DNA of 42,017 bases from a bacterium. GTDB lineage: Bacteria; Bacillota; Clostridia; Christensenellales; CAG-917. The stretch is from the NCBI GenBank assembly GCA_963620965.1, contig CAVFCJ010000002.1, positions 1-42,017 of the forward strand, given 5' to 3'. Of the stretch, positions 9,813 through 18,516 are shown piece by piece. Position 1 is the first letter of the stretch. Each line of letters begins with the position of its first letter. Below the pieces are notes generated by a model that was not told where the DNA came from, did not search any database, and saw only the letters and a list, made by a program, of their open reading frames with translations. Both the position numbers and the translations under genes were made by a program.

Positions 9813-11654
9813 TCAGTCAACCGTTCCGTCTACGCTGCCGTCCTCATTTGTGCCGCCTTGGAAGTCTTCGGGATTAATTCCCGCTTGTTTTGCCGCTTCT
9901 GCCGCCGCTTCGGGGTTTTGTTGATAGAACTTCGTGAAGATGGGGTCTGTGACTTTCGTAAGTTTCTCGACAACCGCTTTCACGTCGTCTTCGCTCTCTG
10001 CTTTTGCAAGTTCTTCGGAAGCGGTCTTCGTTGCTTCGGTGACTTGCGTCTTGTCTGCTTCTTCGAGTTTCTCGCCGTTCTCGCTTACAAACTTGTCAAC
10101 TGCGAAGATAAGTTGTTCCGCATTGTTCTTTGCATCCACGACCGCTCTGCGCTTCTTATCTTCCTCTGCATACTTCTCTGCGTCCTTGACAGCGGCGTCG
10201 ATGTCCGCTTCGGTGAGATTGGATGACGCGGTGATGGTGATAGATTGAGATTTGCCCGTAGCCTTATCGCAAGCCTTGACGGATACAATGCCGTTTGCGT
10301 CGATGTCGAAAGTGACTTCGATTTGCGGAATTCCGCGCGGTGCGGGTGCGATACCGACAAGTTCGAATCTGCCGAGCGTCTTGTTGTCGCGAGCAAATTG
10401 TCTTTCACCTTGCAAAACGTGGATGTCGACTGCGGTTTGATTGTCTGCCGCCGTGCTGAACACTTGCGATTTGCTTGTAGGAATTGTTGTGTTTCTGTCG
10501 ATGAGCTTTGTGCATACGCCGCCGAGCGTTTCGATGCCGAGTGACAACGGTGTGACGTCGAGCAAGAGCATATCTTTCACTTCGCCTGCGAGAACGCCGC
10601 CTTGAATTGCAGCACCGAGAGCCACGCACTCGTCGGGGTTGATTCCCTTATACGGATCTTTGCCTGTGATACGTTTGACCGATTCGTACACTGCGGGAAC
10701 ACGAGTGGAACCACCGACCATAATGACCTTTGCGATGTCGTTGTAACTGAGTCCTGCGTCTTTGAGTGCTTGTTGCATAGGACCTTGCGTTGCCTTGACG
10801 AGATCTTCGGTGAGCGAATCGAATTTTGCTCTCGTAAGTTCCATATCGAGGTGCATAGGCACGCCGTTGTCCATTGCGATAAACGGAAGCGAAATCTTTG
10901 CTTTCGTCACGCCGGACAAGTCGATCTTTGCCTTTTCCGCGGCTTCTTTGATACGTTGCATTGCCATCTTGTCTTTGGTGAGGTCAACGCCGTGTTCTTT
11001 CTTGAACTCGCTCGTGATCCAATCCATAATGCGTTTGTCGAAGTCGTCGCCGCCCAAACGGTTGTTGCCCGCTGTTGCAAGAACTTCAAATACGCCGTCA
11101 CCGAGTTCGAGGATAGAAACGTCGAACGTGCCGCCGCCAAGGTCGAAGATGAGGACTTTCTGATTCTTGTTCTCGTCCTTATCGATGCCGTACGCGAGTG
11201 CCGCCGCCGTAGGCTCGTTGATGATACGTTTCACTTCCAATCCCGCAATCTTACCTGCGTCTTTGGTTGCTTGACGTTGAGAGTCTGTGAAGTATGCAGG
11301 AACGGTGATAACCGCTTCCGTAACCTTTTCGCCGAGATATTTCTCTGCGTCGTTTTTGAGTTTGGTCAAAATCATTGCCGAGATTTCTTGCGGTGTATAT
11401 TCTTTGGTTTCGATTTTAACTTTATAATCGGAACCCATCTCTCTCTTGATTGAACTTACGGTGTGTTCGGGGTTTGCAACCGCCTGACGTTTAGCGATTT
11501 CGCCGACAAGTCTTTCGCCGTCCTTTGTGAACGCCACGACCGACGGAGTCGTTCTCATACCTTCTGCGTTGGGGATAACCACCGCTTCACCGCCTTCCAT
11601 AACTGCTACGCACGAGTTTGTCGTACCAAGGTCAATACCGATAATCTTTCCCAT
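9813..11654 (-). CDS. dnaK: Molecular chaperone DnaK (Hsp70).
   Basis: 613 aa with the Hsp70 signatures GIDLGTTNS and DLGGGTFD. Confidence 0.98.
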   Translation of the reverse strand: MGKIIGIDLGTTNSCVAVMEGGEAVVIPNAEGMRTTPSVVAFTKDGERLVGEIAKRQAVANPEHTVSSIKREMGSDYKVKIETKEYTPQEISAMILTKLKNDAEKYLGEKVTEAVITVPAYFTDSQRQATKDAGKIAGLEVKRIINEPTAAALAYGIDKDENKNQKVLIFDLGGGTFDVSILELGDGVFEVLATAGNNRLGGDDFDKRIMDWITSEFKKEHGVDLTKDKMAMQRIKEAAEKAKIDLSGVTKAKISLPFIAMDNGVPMHLDMELTRAKFDSLTEDLVKATQGPMQQALKDAGLSYNDIAKVIMVGGSTRVPAVYESVKRITGKDPYKGINPDECVALGAAIQGGVLAGEVKDMLLLDVTPLSLGIETLGGVCTKLIDRNTTIPTSKSQVFSTAADNQTAVDIHVLQGERQFARDNKTLGRFELVGIAPAPRGIPQIEVTFDIDANGIVSVKACDKATGKSQSITITASSNLTEADIDAAVKDAEKYAEEDKKRRAVVDAKNNAEQLIFAVDKFVSENGEKLEEADKTQVTEATKTASEELAKAESEDDVKAVVEKLTKVTDPIFTKFYQQNPEAAAEAAKQAGINPEDFQGGTNEDGSVDGTVD

Positions 11655-11794
11655 ATTATTACTCCTTTTCCCGCTTTGACGGGAAGAAAACTTATTTTCT
11701 TTATATTTTTATGTTTTCGCATTGCTGCGGAATTGTCTTATTGTTATTTTTTGTTTATTGCTTATTACTTATTGTTTTGCTCTACGCTCTTTGC

Positions 11795-12379
11795 TTATTC
11801 TTCCCAATATCCGACTTTTACGCTTGCCGGTCTAAGAAGTTTCGTTCCGAGCATATATCCTTTTGCAAGCACTTCAACCACTTTGCCTTGTTTCTGTTCG
11901 TCCTTGACTCTTTCAACCGCGCTCATAAACTTTGCGTCGAAGTCTTTGTCCATTGCGTCCACTTCGGTGAGTCCGAATCCGCCGAGGGCAGCGAGAATCT
12001 GACTTTCCATCATATTGAATCCCGTAAGAGCCGCTTCGTCTTTGACGTACTTTCTTGCAAGGTCGCAGTTGTCGAGCACCGAAAGCATCTTTTCAATCAC
12101 AATCGATTGCCCCAGTTGCTTCATATCTTCGGCAATGGAATTGTTGCGCTTGCGATAGTTGTCGAAATCCGCTTGCAGTCTTTGAGTCAAACCCTTGCAG
12201 GTTTCAGTCTCTGCGATTGCCTGTCCGAGTTTTTCTTCGAGTGCGGCGATGTATTCCTCGTCGCTAAGTCCCTCTCTCTCTATCTCGAAGGACTTTTTCT
12301 CGTCCTCTTTGACTTCCGCTTCGGTTTGCTCGCCGCTTTGGTTTTCTACTTTATTTTCGTTTTTATCCTTGTTTTTCAT
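11795..12379 (-). CDS. grpE: Nucleotide exchange factor GrpE.
   Basis: 194 aa, positioned between hrcA and dnaK. Charged N-terminus and a GrpE-like C-terminal beta domain (VLAKGYMLGTKLLRPASVKV). Confidence 0.9.
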   Translation of the reverse strand: MKNKDKNENKVENQSGEQTEAEVKEDEKKSFEIEREGLSDEEYIAALEEKLGQAIAETETCKGLTQRLQADFDNYRKRNNSIAEDMKQLGQSIVIEKMLSVLDNCDLARKYVKDEAALTGFNMMESQILAALGGFGLTEVDAMDKDFDAKFMSAVERVKDEQKQGKVVEVLAKGYMLGTKLLRPASVKVGYWEE

Positions 12380-12380
12380 C

Positions 12381-13430
12381 TCAATCCTCGTCGTCCTTTT
12401 TGTCTTTCACCACGCTCGCGATTGTTTTCTTCATACAATCGAGCACGCCGATAACCTTTTTGTAGTCCATGCGTTCAGGACCTATGACACCCGCCTCGCC
12501 GACCACATCGTCACCCACTTTGTAGGAAGCCGTGATGATTGCGCATTTGTCGACGCCTCTTTCCTCTTTGCCTATTCTCACCGAAAACTCGATTGAGCCG
12601 TCCTCGCTCGAAAGCAAGTCGCCGATGTTCTCTTTGTCGGATATGACCGAGAGGAAGTTTTTTGCGTCCTCGACGTTGTTATACTCGGGATAGTCGAGCA
12701 TTTTGAGCGCACCTTCCACAAATACGTTTCTGTCGCTATGCTCTGACAGATATATGCGAAGAATTCCCAGCACGTCGTCGAGTATGTCCTCGAAGCCTTT
12801 GAGTTCGGCGTCGATTTCAGCAAGGTCGAATCTGTCCATATCCTTGATGTTTCTGCCTTGAAAAACCTTGTTGAGAACTTTGGTTGCCGTGTCGATATAT
12901 TCCGATCTCACATCTTCGGGAACGTCAATCGCCTTGTCCGCAATCATACCGCTGTCCGTGACGATAAGCACGACCGCCTTACCGGTTTTGAGCGGCACGA
13001 GTTTAATTTCCTCAATAACTACGTCCTGCGCGTTCTTTTCCACGATGAAGGACGTATAATTGGTCGCATCGCTTATTATCTTAGCCGCCTCGATCGATAT
13101 GTCTTGGATCTTGCCAAGTTTGTTCATAAACTTGTCACGAATGAGCGCGGTTTCTTGGTCGGTGAGCATATTGCCCTCAAACGAACTTATGCTTTCGACA
13201 TAGAACTTGTAAGCGTCTTTGAGAGGTACGCGCCCTGCCGACGTGTGCGGTTGTTCGATATATCCGAGTGCTTCGAGCGCGCTGAGTTCCGCCCTCACGG
13301 TCGCAGAACTGACTTCGGGCAAATACTTGCTTTGAATATCCGAACTGGACACGGGTTGTCCCGTAGATATATACAGGTCCACCAATGCGTGCAATATTCT
13401 TTTTTTCCTTTCAGTCAACTCTTTTCCCAT
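12381..13430 (-). CDS. hrcA: Heat-inducible transcription repressor HrcA.
   Basis: 349 aa with an N-terminal winged-helix (RKKRILHALVDLYISTGQPVSSSDI). First gene of the operon, with a CIRCE operator directly upstream. Confidence 0.92.
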   Translation of the reverse strand: MGKELTERKKRILHALVDLYISTGQPVSSSDIQSKYLPEVSSATVRAELSALEALGYIEQPHTSAGRVPLKDAYKFYVESISSFEGNMLTDQETALIRDKFMNKLGKIQDISIEAAKIISDATNYTSFIVEKNAQDVVIEEIKLVPLKTGKAVVLIVTDSGMIADKAIDVPEDVRSEYIDTATKVLNKVFQGRNIKDMDRFDLAEIDAELKGFEDILDDVLGILRIYLSEHSDRNVFVEGALKMLDYPEYNNVEDAKNFLSVISDKENIGDLLSSEDGSIEFSVRIGKEERGVDKCAIITASYKVGDDVVGEAGVIGPERMDYKKVIGVLDCMKKTIASVVKDKKDDED

Positions 13431-13453
13431 AACGTCTTTCCTCGCTATGACTT

Positions 13454-13480
13454 TTAGCAGTCTTTTGCTTTGATTGCTAA
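13454..13480. promoter_or_regulatory. CIRCE operator (HrcA binding site).
   Basis: TTAGCAGTC-N9-GATTGCTAA versus the consensus TTAGCACTC-N9-GAGTGCTAA. On the minus strand it starts 1 nt downstream of the -10 box. Confidence 0.85.
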
Positions 13481-13481
13481 C

Positions 13482-13510
13482 AGTATATGTCCTCTTTTGC
13501 TAAATGTCAA
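13482..13510 (-). promoter_or_regulatory. Sigma-A promoter of the hrcA-grpE-dnaK operon.
   Basis: On the minus strand: TTGACA (13510-13505), 17-nt spacer, TATACT (13487-13482). Extra CIRCE-like half sites (GTGCTAA..TTTAGCA) flank the -35. Confidence 0.7.
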
Positions 13511-13772
13511 TACTTTTAGCACATATTTTTTTGCATTTTTTTGTTATTTTTCATATTTTTTCAACGGTGATTCCGCCTATCTTGCGCCCGCCTATTTTGC
13601 GGACATTCTAATGATTATAGTGAGTAACAAAATATATAAACATACTACATAAGTGCGCGCATACAATGTGCGAGCGAAAAATATAAGCCACATATGGCGC
13701 AATGACAAAAACTCACACCGAATACAAAAGCAAATTCGCGACAAGAATTTTCTATATAATATGAAAAATAGA

Positions 13773-13801
13773 TTGCATTTTCCTTTTAAGTTTGCTATAA
13801 T
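13773..13801 (+). promoter_or_regulatory. Promoter of tRNA-Thr.
   Basis: TTGCAT (13773-13778), 17-nt spacer, TATAAT (13796-13801). The -10 ends 19 nt upstream of the mature tRNA 5' end. Confidence 0.65.
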
Positions 13802-13820
13802 CCAAAAGCAATCTGAATTT

Positions 13821-13896
13821 GCTAGTGTGGCTCAGCAGGTAGAGCAGCTGATTCGTAATCAGCAGGTCGCCGGTCCGAATCCGGCCACTAGCTCCA
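13821..13896 (+). tRNA. tRNA-Thr, anticodon CGU, with encoded CCA.
   Basis: Cloverleaf folded by hand. Acceptor GCTAGTG/CACTAGC, D stem GCTC/GAGC, anticodon stem GCTGA/TCAGC with loop TTCGTAA, T stem GCCGG/CCGGC with loop TCCGAAT, discriminator T and CCA. Confidence 0.93.
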
Positions 13897-13900
13897 AAAA

Positions 13901-13933
13901 AGAGTGATATATCTCGTATATAGCACTCTTTTT
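13901..13933 (+). terminator. Intrinsic terminator after tRNA-Thr.
   Basis: Stem AGAGTG..CACTCT followed by TTTTT. Confidence 0.7.
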
Positions 13934-13978
13934 CGTCTAATGACAGTTTTTAACCACGAGTACTTGCCGATTGGTTTT

Positions 13979-14100
13979 CGGGTGTGGGCAACGCCCACCA
14001 TTTTGTCATTCAGAGGGAACGAAGTGACCGTAGGAATCTAGCGTAGCTAATATAAATCGGGTGTGGGTGAAATCCACCCTCAATTATTAATTATTAATTC
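13979..14100. repeat. Family-1 short repeat cluster.
   Basis: Modules in order. CGGGTGTGGGC-AAC-GCCCACC hairpin (13979-13999). TTTTGTCATTCAGAGGGAACGAAGTGACCGTAGGAATCTAGCGTAGC (14000-14047). AATATAAATC. GGGTGTGGGTGAAATCCACCC hairpin (14059-14080). AATTATTAATTATTAATTC (14082-14100). The first two modules recur in the same order at 18689-18750. Confidence 0.65.
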
Positions 14101-14135
14101 ATATCGTATCGTTTTTTCGCTGTTGTTAGTTTTTA

Positions 14136-14163
14136 TTGACATATTTTTCAGGCGTGATATAAT
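14136..14163 (+). promoter_or_regulatory. Near-consensus extended -10 promoter for the 14210 methyltransferase gene.
   Basis: TTGACA (14136-14141), 16-nt spacer ending in TGA, TATAAT (14158-14163). Confidence 0.7.
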
Positions 14164-14209
14164 CAAATATGAAATTTGTTTCAGGTTAAGGATATAAAAG
14201 GATATACAA

Positions 14210-14833
14210 ATGAAAACCGATCGCACGTTAAGATTTTTGCAAAACGTAAAATGCCCCGAATCCAACAGATACGGTCGCGCGCAATTAAGAGGTATGAACA
14301 ACCGCTATTCCCTGCTTTCGACGTGGGGATTGTCGCACGTGTTTTTCCAAAGGAAAAAACTCGTTCTCGATGTGGGTTGCGGCGGAGGCAAAAACCTTAA
14401 ACGCATACTCAATCAATCGAAACATATCAACGCAATCGGCGTAGACCAATCCGCAGAGAGCGTAAAGATGTCCACTCGCAAGAATCGCCGCGCGATAACA
14501 TCGGGACGTTTGCAAGTGGTGCAAGGCAGCGTCGAGGCACTTCCCTTCGCAAGCAATCTTTTCGACCTTGTGACCGCAGTCGAATCCGTACACTTCTGGG
14601 ATATTGAAAAAGGCATATCGGAAGTGTATCGCACCCTCAAAAAAAGCGGGCAATTCCTAATCGTCAACGAAACGCAAACGAGCGACGGACTTAGCGCGTA
14701 TCTTGCCGAAGTCGGATTTCAAGTTTACACCAAACAGCAACTCGAATCGTACTTGAAGAAAGCGGGATTCAAGAAAATCCGCACTGACGTCAACGAAAAC
14801 GGCAAATGGATCACAATCGTCGCCGAAAAATAA
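14210..14833 (+). CDS. Class I SAM-dependent methyltransferase (Methyltransf_11/UbiE-like).
   Basis: 207 aa with SAM motif I VLDVGCGGGKNL and a post-I acidic residue (GVDQS). Substrate unknown. Confidence 0.75.
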   Translation: MKTDRTLRFLQNVKCPESNRYGRAQLRGMNNRYSLLSTWGLSHVFFQRKKLVLDVGCGGGKNLKRILNQSKHINAIGVDQSAESVKMSTRKNRRAITSGRLQVVQGSVEALPFASNLFDLVTAVESVHFWDIEKGISEVYRTLKKSGQFLIVNETQTSDGLSAYLAEVGFQVYTKQQLESYLKKAGFKKIRTDVNENGKWITIVAEK

Positions 14834-14840
14834 TTTTCAC

Positions 14841-14872
14841 AAAAAACGAGCCTCAAAATAGGCTCGTTTTTC
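14841..14872. terminator. Bidirectional intrinsic terminator between the convergent genes at 14210 and 14909.
   Basis: AAAAAA-ACGAGCC-TCAAAATA-GGCTCGT-TTTTT. Confidence 0.8.
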
Positions 14873-14908
14873 ATTGTTACAATGCGATAAAACGTTTTTT
14901 AAGTGCGA

Positions 14909-16198
14909 TTATTTCAAGTTCACGTTGAGAGTGTAACTCGCGTTGTTGGCGGGGGTCGCTTTGGGTGCGGAATATATCATATAGTCCACGTCGCTCATAA
15001 GCGTAAGACTGTCGCAACTTATCTTGGCAAGCAAGGCGTTGTTGAGGTTGGTTGCCGAGCTCAATTTTTCTATGCCTTCCGCGTTCTTCTCGTTTGAAGA
15101 TTGCAATTTAGCAATGCTCTCGTTGGTTTTTGCTATATTGCTGTTTACGCTCTCGATTGCGGACATTTGCTCGCGATGCTGCTCTGTGAGTTGCGTGGAG
15201 AGTTTTGCAAAAGATCTATTGAGATCACCACGCAATTCGTTCATAGACATACGTATAGTAGAACTTATATTTTGTCCTGCCACACGAATTTCCTTGACGA
15301 TTTCGTCCGTTTGCACTCTGCGATCGACTTGTTGCAACGCCTCTTTAAGAGTGTCCGCTCTTCCCGTTTCAAAATAAAAAATGATAAGGTCGATATGCTT
15401 CCAATCGCGAATATCCAACACGGATTTGAATTGCGCAACGAGCCTATCGTACATATCTTGCGACAGTTTGGCTAGTCTCGTTCTGTCTTTCTCAAATACC
15501 GCTCTCTTCTCGTTGGCAATTGCAACGTATTTATCGAGAACCATTTTGGACGCGTTCTTTTCAAGTTGGTAACTTGCAAGCTCGTTTTTAAGCCCTCTTA
15601 TAGTCTTTTCGGTGCTCTTGATATTTGCTTTTTCTTCTTTATTCCTGGAACGATTTTCACCGAGCACCTTAATCGTCGATACGATAAGACCGATTATAAG
15701 GATAATCGCAAAAATGCCGATTGACGCGAAAACATAGTTTTTGTATTCCGCATTTGCAAAGGTCGGTTGCCATCTCTTGTCGTCATCGTAAGCACCCGAG
15801 GTCACGAAGTAGAAAAACCACGGTACAGCCGCCGCTACGAGGCCTAACGCTCCCCATATCAAAGTGTATAGGAAGATCTCGCGCGCATCCCACTTTGACA
15901 TAGCTCTACGGCAACTTTTTCCGTAAGATTTACTCCTTTTCTTACTCTCCTTATCGTTTTCGGCAGCCAAATAATCGTACGGTAATAGACTGTCGCAATA
16001 GGAAAGCCCTCTATTTACTCTGTCGATATCGTAATCGTGCTTTTCGTATTCGACGCGTTCAAGATCAACTTTGTCTAACGCTTCTTTATATACGCTTTCG
16101 CTTTGAGCAAGCTTGTCTTTCTCGACGGAAATAGCGGACATACCCGCACGAAGCGCGTACAAATCGCCGAGTATTTGATTTTTTTGTTCAGTATCCAT
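14909..16198 (-). CDS. Hypothetical coiled-coil membrane protein with two central TM helices.
   Basis: 429-aa ORF with AGGAG SD. TM segments IFLYTLIWGALGLVAAAVPWFFYFV and YVFASIGIFAIILIIGLIVSTI are flanked by long heptad-like charged regions. No family recognised. Confidence 0.7.
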   Translation of the reverse strand: MDTEQKNQILGDLYALRAGMSAISVEKDKLAQSESVYKEALDKVDLERVEYEKHDYDIDRVNRGLSYCDSLLPYDYLAAENDKESKKRSKSYGKSCRRAMSKWDAREIFLYTLIWGALGLVAAAVPWFFYFVTSGAYDDDKRWQPTFANAEYKNYVFASIGIFAIILIIGLIVSTIKVLGENRSRNKEEKANIKSTEKTIRGLKNELASYQLEKNASKMVLDKYVAIANEKRAVFEKDRTRLAKLSQDMYDRLVAQFKSVLDIRDWKHIDLIIFYFETGRADTLKEALQQVDRRVQTDEIVKEIRVAGQNISSTIRMSMNELRGDLNRSFAKLSTQLTEQHREQMSAIESVNSNIAKTNESIAKLQSSNEKNAEGIEKLSSATNLNNALLAKISCDSLTLMSDVDYMIYSAPKATPANNASYTLNVNLK

Positions 16199-16310
16199 TT
16201 TTTCTACTCCTAATATTAAGATTTTATCGCGTTTTCGTACACTTCGTCAAGCGTTATTCTGTTCCATTATTGATAGTCATCTTATCTCTCGTTAAGGCTC
16301 TTCTTTCCGC

Positions 16311-16344
16311 GATTATTAATTGTTCATTATTAATTATTAATTTT
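16311..16344. repeat. AT-rich family-1 module overlapping the rluD 3' end.
   Basis: GATTATTAATTGTTCATTATTAATTATTAATTTT resembles 14082-14100 and the reverse complement of 4907-4940. It encodes the last residues (KINN) and the stop of rluD. Confidence 0.5.
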
Positions 16345-17235
16345 GTTATCGAGTTTCCTAAGTACCGCTTGAAAATACTGCGGCAATTCGCACTCAAAAC
16401 GCATAATTTCGTCCGTGTGCGGATGTTTGAGGACGAGTTCTTTTGCGTGCAGAAGTTGTCCGTGATTATAGAGTGCGGTCGAGCCGCCGTACACCTCGTC
16501 GCCGACTATGGGATGGTGTAAACTTGCGGCGTGAACCCTTATTTGGTGCGTGCGCCCCGTTTCGAGTTCGAAGCGCACAAGCGTATACTGACCATAGCGT
16601 TTCAGCACCTTATAGTGTGTGACCGCTCGTCTGCCGTTTTCGTCGATGGCCATTTTTTTGCGGTCTTTTTTGCTTCTCGCAATGGGCTTGTCAACCGTGC
16701 CTTCGTCCTCTTTGAAATTGCCGTCGCAAAGTCCGTAGTATATTCTGCGAGCGGTCTTTTTCTCAATCTGCGAAGCAAGGCTCTTGTGCGCCTCGTCGTT
16801 TTTTGCAACGACCAGCAATCCCGACGTGTCCTTGTCGAGTCTATGCACGATACCGGGGCGAATCACGCCGTTTATGCTGCTCAAACTGTCGAGGTTGTAC
16901 AAAAGCGCGTTCACGAGCGTATCGTTTTTCTTGTACGAACTCGCTTGATGCACCACCATACCCTGTGGCTTGTTCACGACCGCCATATATTCGTCCTCGT
17001 ACACGATGTCGAGCGGTATGTTTTCCGCCTTGACTTCGAGCACTTCGGGCTTCGGCACTTCAAAGTCCACCACGTCGCCTTTTTTGAGTTCAAAGCCGCT
17101 TTTTTGCCGTTTTACGCCGTTGACAAGCGCGCCGTCCTTTTCGATGACGGTCTTTGCATTAGAGCGAGATACTCCCCACTCGGACGAAACGAAAACGTCC
17201 ATTCTTACGTTGTCTTTGTCAACCGTGCGCACCAT
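16330..17235 (-). CDS. rluD: RluA-family 23S rRNA pseudouridine synthase (RluD-like).
   Basis: 301 aa with an N-terminal S4-like domain and the catalytic motif HRLDKDTSGLLVVAK. Conserved lspA-rluD pairing. Confidence 0.88.
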   Translation of the reverse strand: MVRTVDKDNVRMDVFVSSEWGVSRSNAKTVIEKDGALVNGVKRQKSGFELKKGDVVDFEVPKPEVLEVKAENIPLDIVYEDEYMAVVNKPQGMVVHQASSYKKNDTLVNALLYNLDSLSSINGVIRPGIVHRLDKDTSGLLVVAKNDEAHKSLASQIEKKTARRIYYGLCDGNFKEDEGTVDKPIARSKKDRKKMAIDENGRRAVTHYKVLKRYGQYTLVRFELETGRTHQIRVHAASLHHPIVGDEVYGGSTALYNHGQLLHAKELVLKHPHTDEIMRFECELPQYFQAVLRKLDNKINN

Positions 17236-17243
17236 ATCCGAGA

Positions 17244-18092
17244 TTATTCCTTGTCCGCGTTCTTCTCGCCGTCCGTATTCTCGGCAGTGTTTTCGCCTTG
17301 ATTTTGCGTATCGTTTTGCAGATTATTTTGCAAATTTTCCACGTTATTTTGTGCATTTTCTTCGACGTTTTCGGCGTTGTTTTGCTCGCCTTTTTCGTCG
17401 CTATTCTCGCTCACGACAAAAGAATAATCGTTTTCGGACTTCATCATCGGATTGAGGTTTATAGGCGCGTCGAGCGGATCGATTTGCTCTTGCTCGTTTG
17501 CGACTTTATTCTTTTGTTCTTCCTCGAACTCTTTATGGTTCTTCTTCCCTTCCTGCACGAGCATTACGATAAGCACCACGACGAGCATAAACGCCCCGAC
17601 CGTGACGAACGAGTCCGCAACGTTGAACACCGGGAAACTGTCCCAAAACGAGAATTGAATGAAGTCGCGCACGTAACCGAATGCGATACGGTCAACGATG
17701 TTGCCAATGCCGCCCGCAGTTATAAACACGAGAGATATTCTGAGCCACTCGGTTTCTTTGAGCGCGAAAAAGAGATAAACGCAAATCGCAATCACCACAA
17801 TAAACGTTATAATCGTAAGACCTATCGTCTTGCCTTGAAAAATTCCAAATCCCGCACCCTCGTTTTTGACTTTGACGAGATTGAACAAGCCTATCACGTT
17901 CTCTTGCACGCCGTTTTGATCAAGGAAATTCCAAACGTACTTTTTGGATAGCAAATCCGCAACCAAAATGACCGCAATCACCGCAAGTTCGACGATATAC
18001 AGCCACCATTTCTTTTTCGCGACTTGCGTCCAATCGGCAAGAAACGCCTTCGTTTTTGCTTTGTAATCGATTTTTTCTTCGTTACCGTTCAT
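17244..18092 (-). CDS. lspA: Lipoprotein signal peptidase II (LspA) with a long low-complexity C-terminal tail.
   Basis: The core carries GGIGNIVDR and FNVADS motifs within four TM segments. About 110 additional C-terminal residues are rich in N/E/Q (NNAENVEENAQNNVENLQNNLQND...). Confidence 0.85.
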   Translation of the reverse strand: MNGNEEKIDYKAKTKAFLADWTQVAKKKWWLYIVELAVIAVILVADLLSKKYVWNFLDQNGVQENVIGLFNLVKVKNEGAGFGIFQGKTIGLTIITFIVVIAICVYLFFALKETEWLRISLVFITAGGIGNIVDRIAFGYVRDFIQFSFWDSFPVFNVADSFVTVGAFMLVVVLIVMLVQEGKKNHKEFEEEQKNKVANEQEQIDPLDAPINLNPMMKSENDYSFVVSENSDEKGEQNNAENVEENAQNNVENLQNNLQNDTQNQGENTAENTDGEKNADKE

Positions 18093-18101
18093 AAAACCCT
18101 C

Positions 18102-18488
18102 TCAGCCTCTGATTTGCGGCGGAATCGTGATAGTCACCCCTTGCGGCGCAAAGAGGAAGATGTTTTTCGTGATTTGCTGAATACTGCCGTCAAGTGCGTA
18201 AATCGCGCCGCTCATAAAGTCGAGGATTCTGTACACCGACTGTTGATTGAGTGTGGAAAAATCAACTATCACTTGTTCTCTCATTTTGAGATGGTCGATG
18301 AGCAGTTGCACGTCCTTGTAGGTTCTCGGCGAGTAGATAACAACACCGCCGCTTTGACCGACGGACGGTTGCGTGTAACTCGGCACTTGACCGACGGGCG
18401 CGGGCTGACTTTGGCGAGAGAAGATTCTTCCGCCTCTTTGCATATCCGCGCGTTGCGATTGTTCGTTTCTGAAATACCTTTCGTCCAT
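18102..18488 (-). CDS. sepF: Cell division protein SepF.
   Basis: 128 aa with a conserved C-terminal domain (YSPRTYKDVQLLIDHLKMREQVIVDF...LDFMSGAIYALDGSIQQI). Lies downstream of yggS/ylmE as in other Firmicutes. Confidence 0.88.
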   Translation of the reverse strand: MDERYFRNEQSQRADMQRGGRIFSRQSQPAPVGQVPSYTQPSVGQSGGVVIYSPRTYKDVQLLIDHLKMREQVIVDFSTLNQQSVYRILDFMSGAIYALDGSIQQITKNIFLFAPQGVTITIPPQIRG

Positions 18489-18516
18489 ATGTTTACCTGT
18501 ATTATGCCTATGGCAT

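Noticed and set aside
13653-13907. An 84-aa ORF in the track that overlaps tRNA-Thr, and a 60-aa ORF at 13470-13652.
   Set aside because: The first runs straight through a perfectly folding tRNA and its promoter. The second lies in the AT-rich promoter/CIRCE region, lacks an SD and has an F/Y-rich nonsense composition.
13821-16198. tRNA-Thr as the attachment site of a small genomic island carrying the methyltransferase and the 2-TM coiled-coil gene.
   Set aside because: I found no integrase and no direct repeat of the tRNA 3' end downstream. There is nothing phage- or plasmid-like in the interval. It is kept only as a low-interest note under the 14909-16198 finding.
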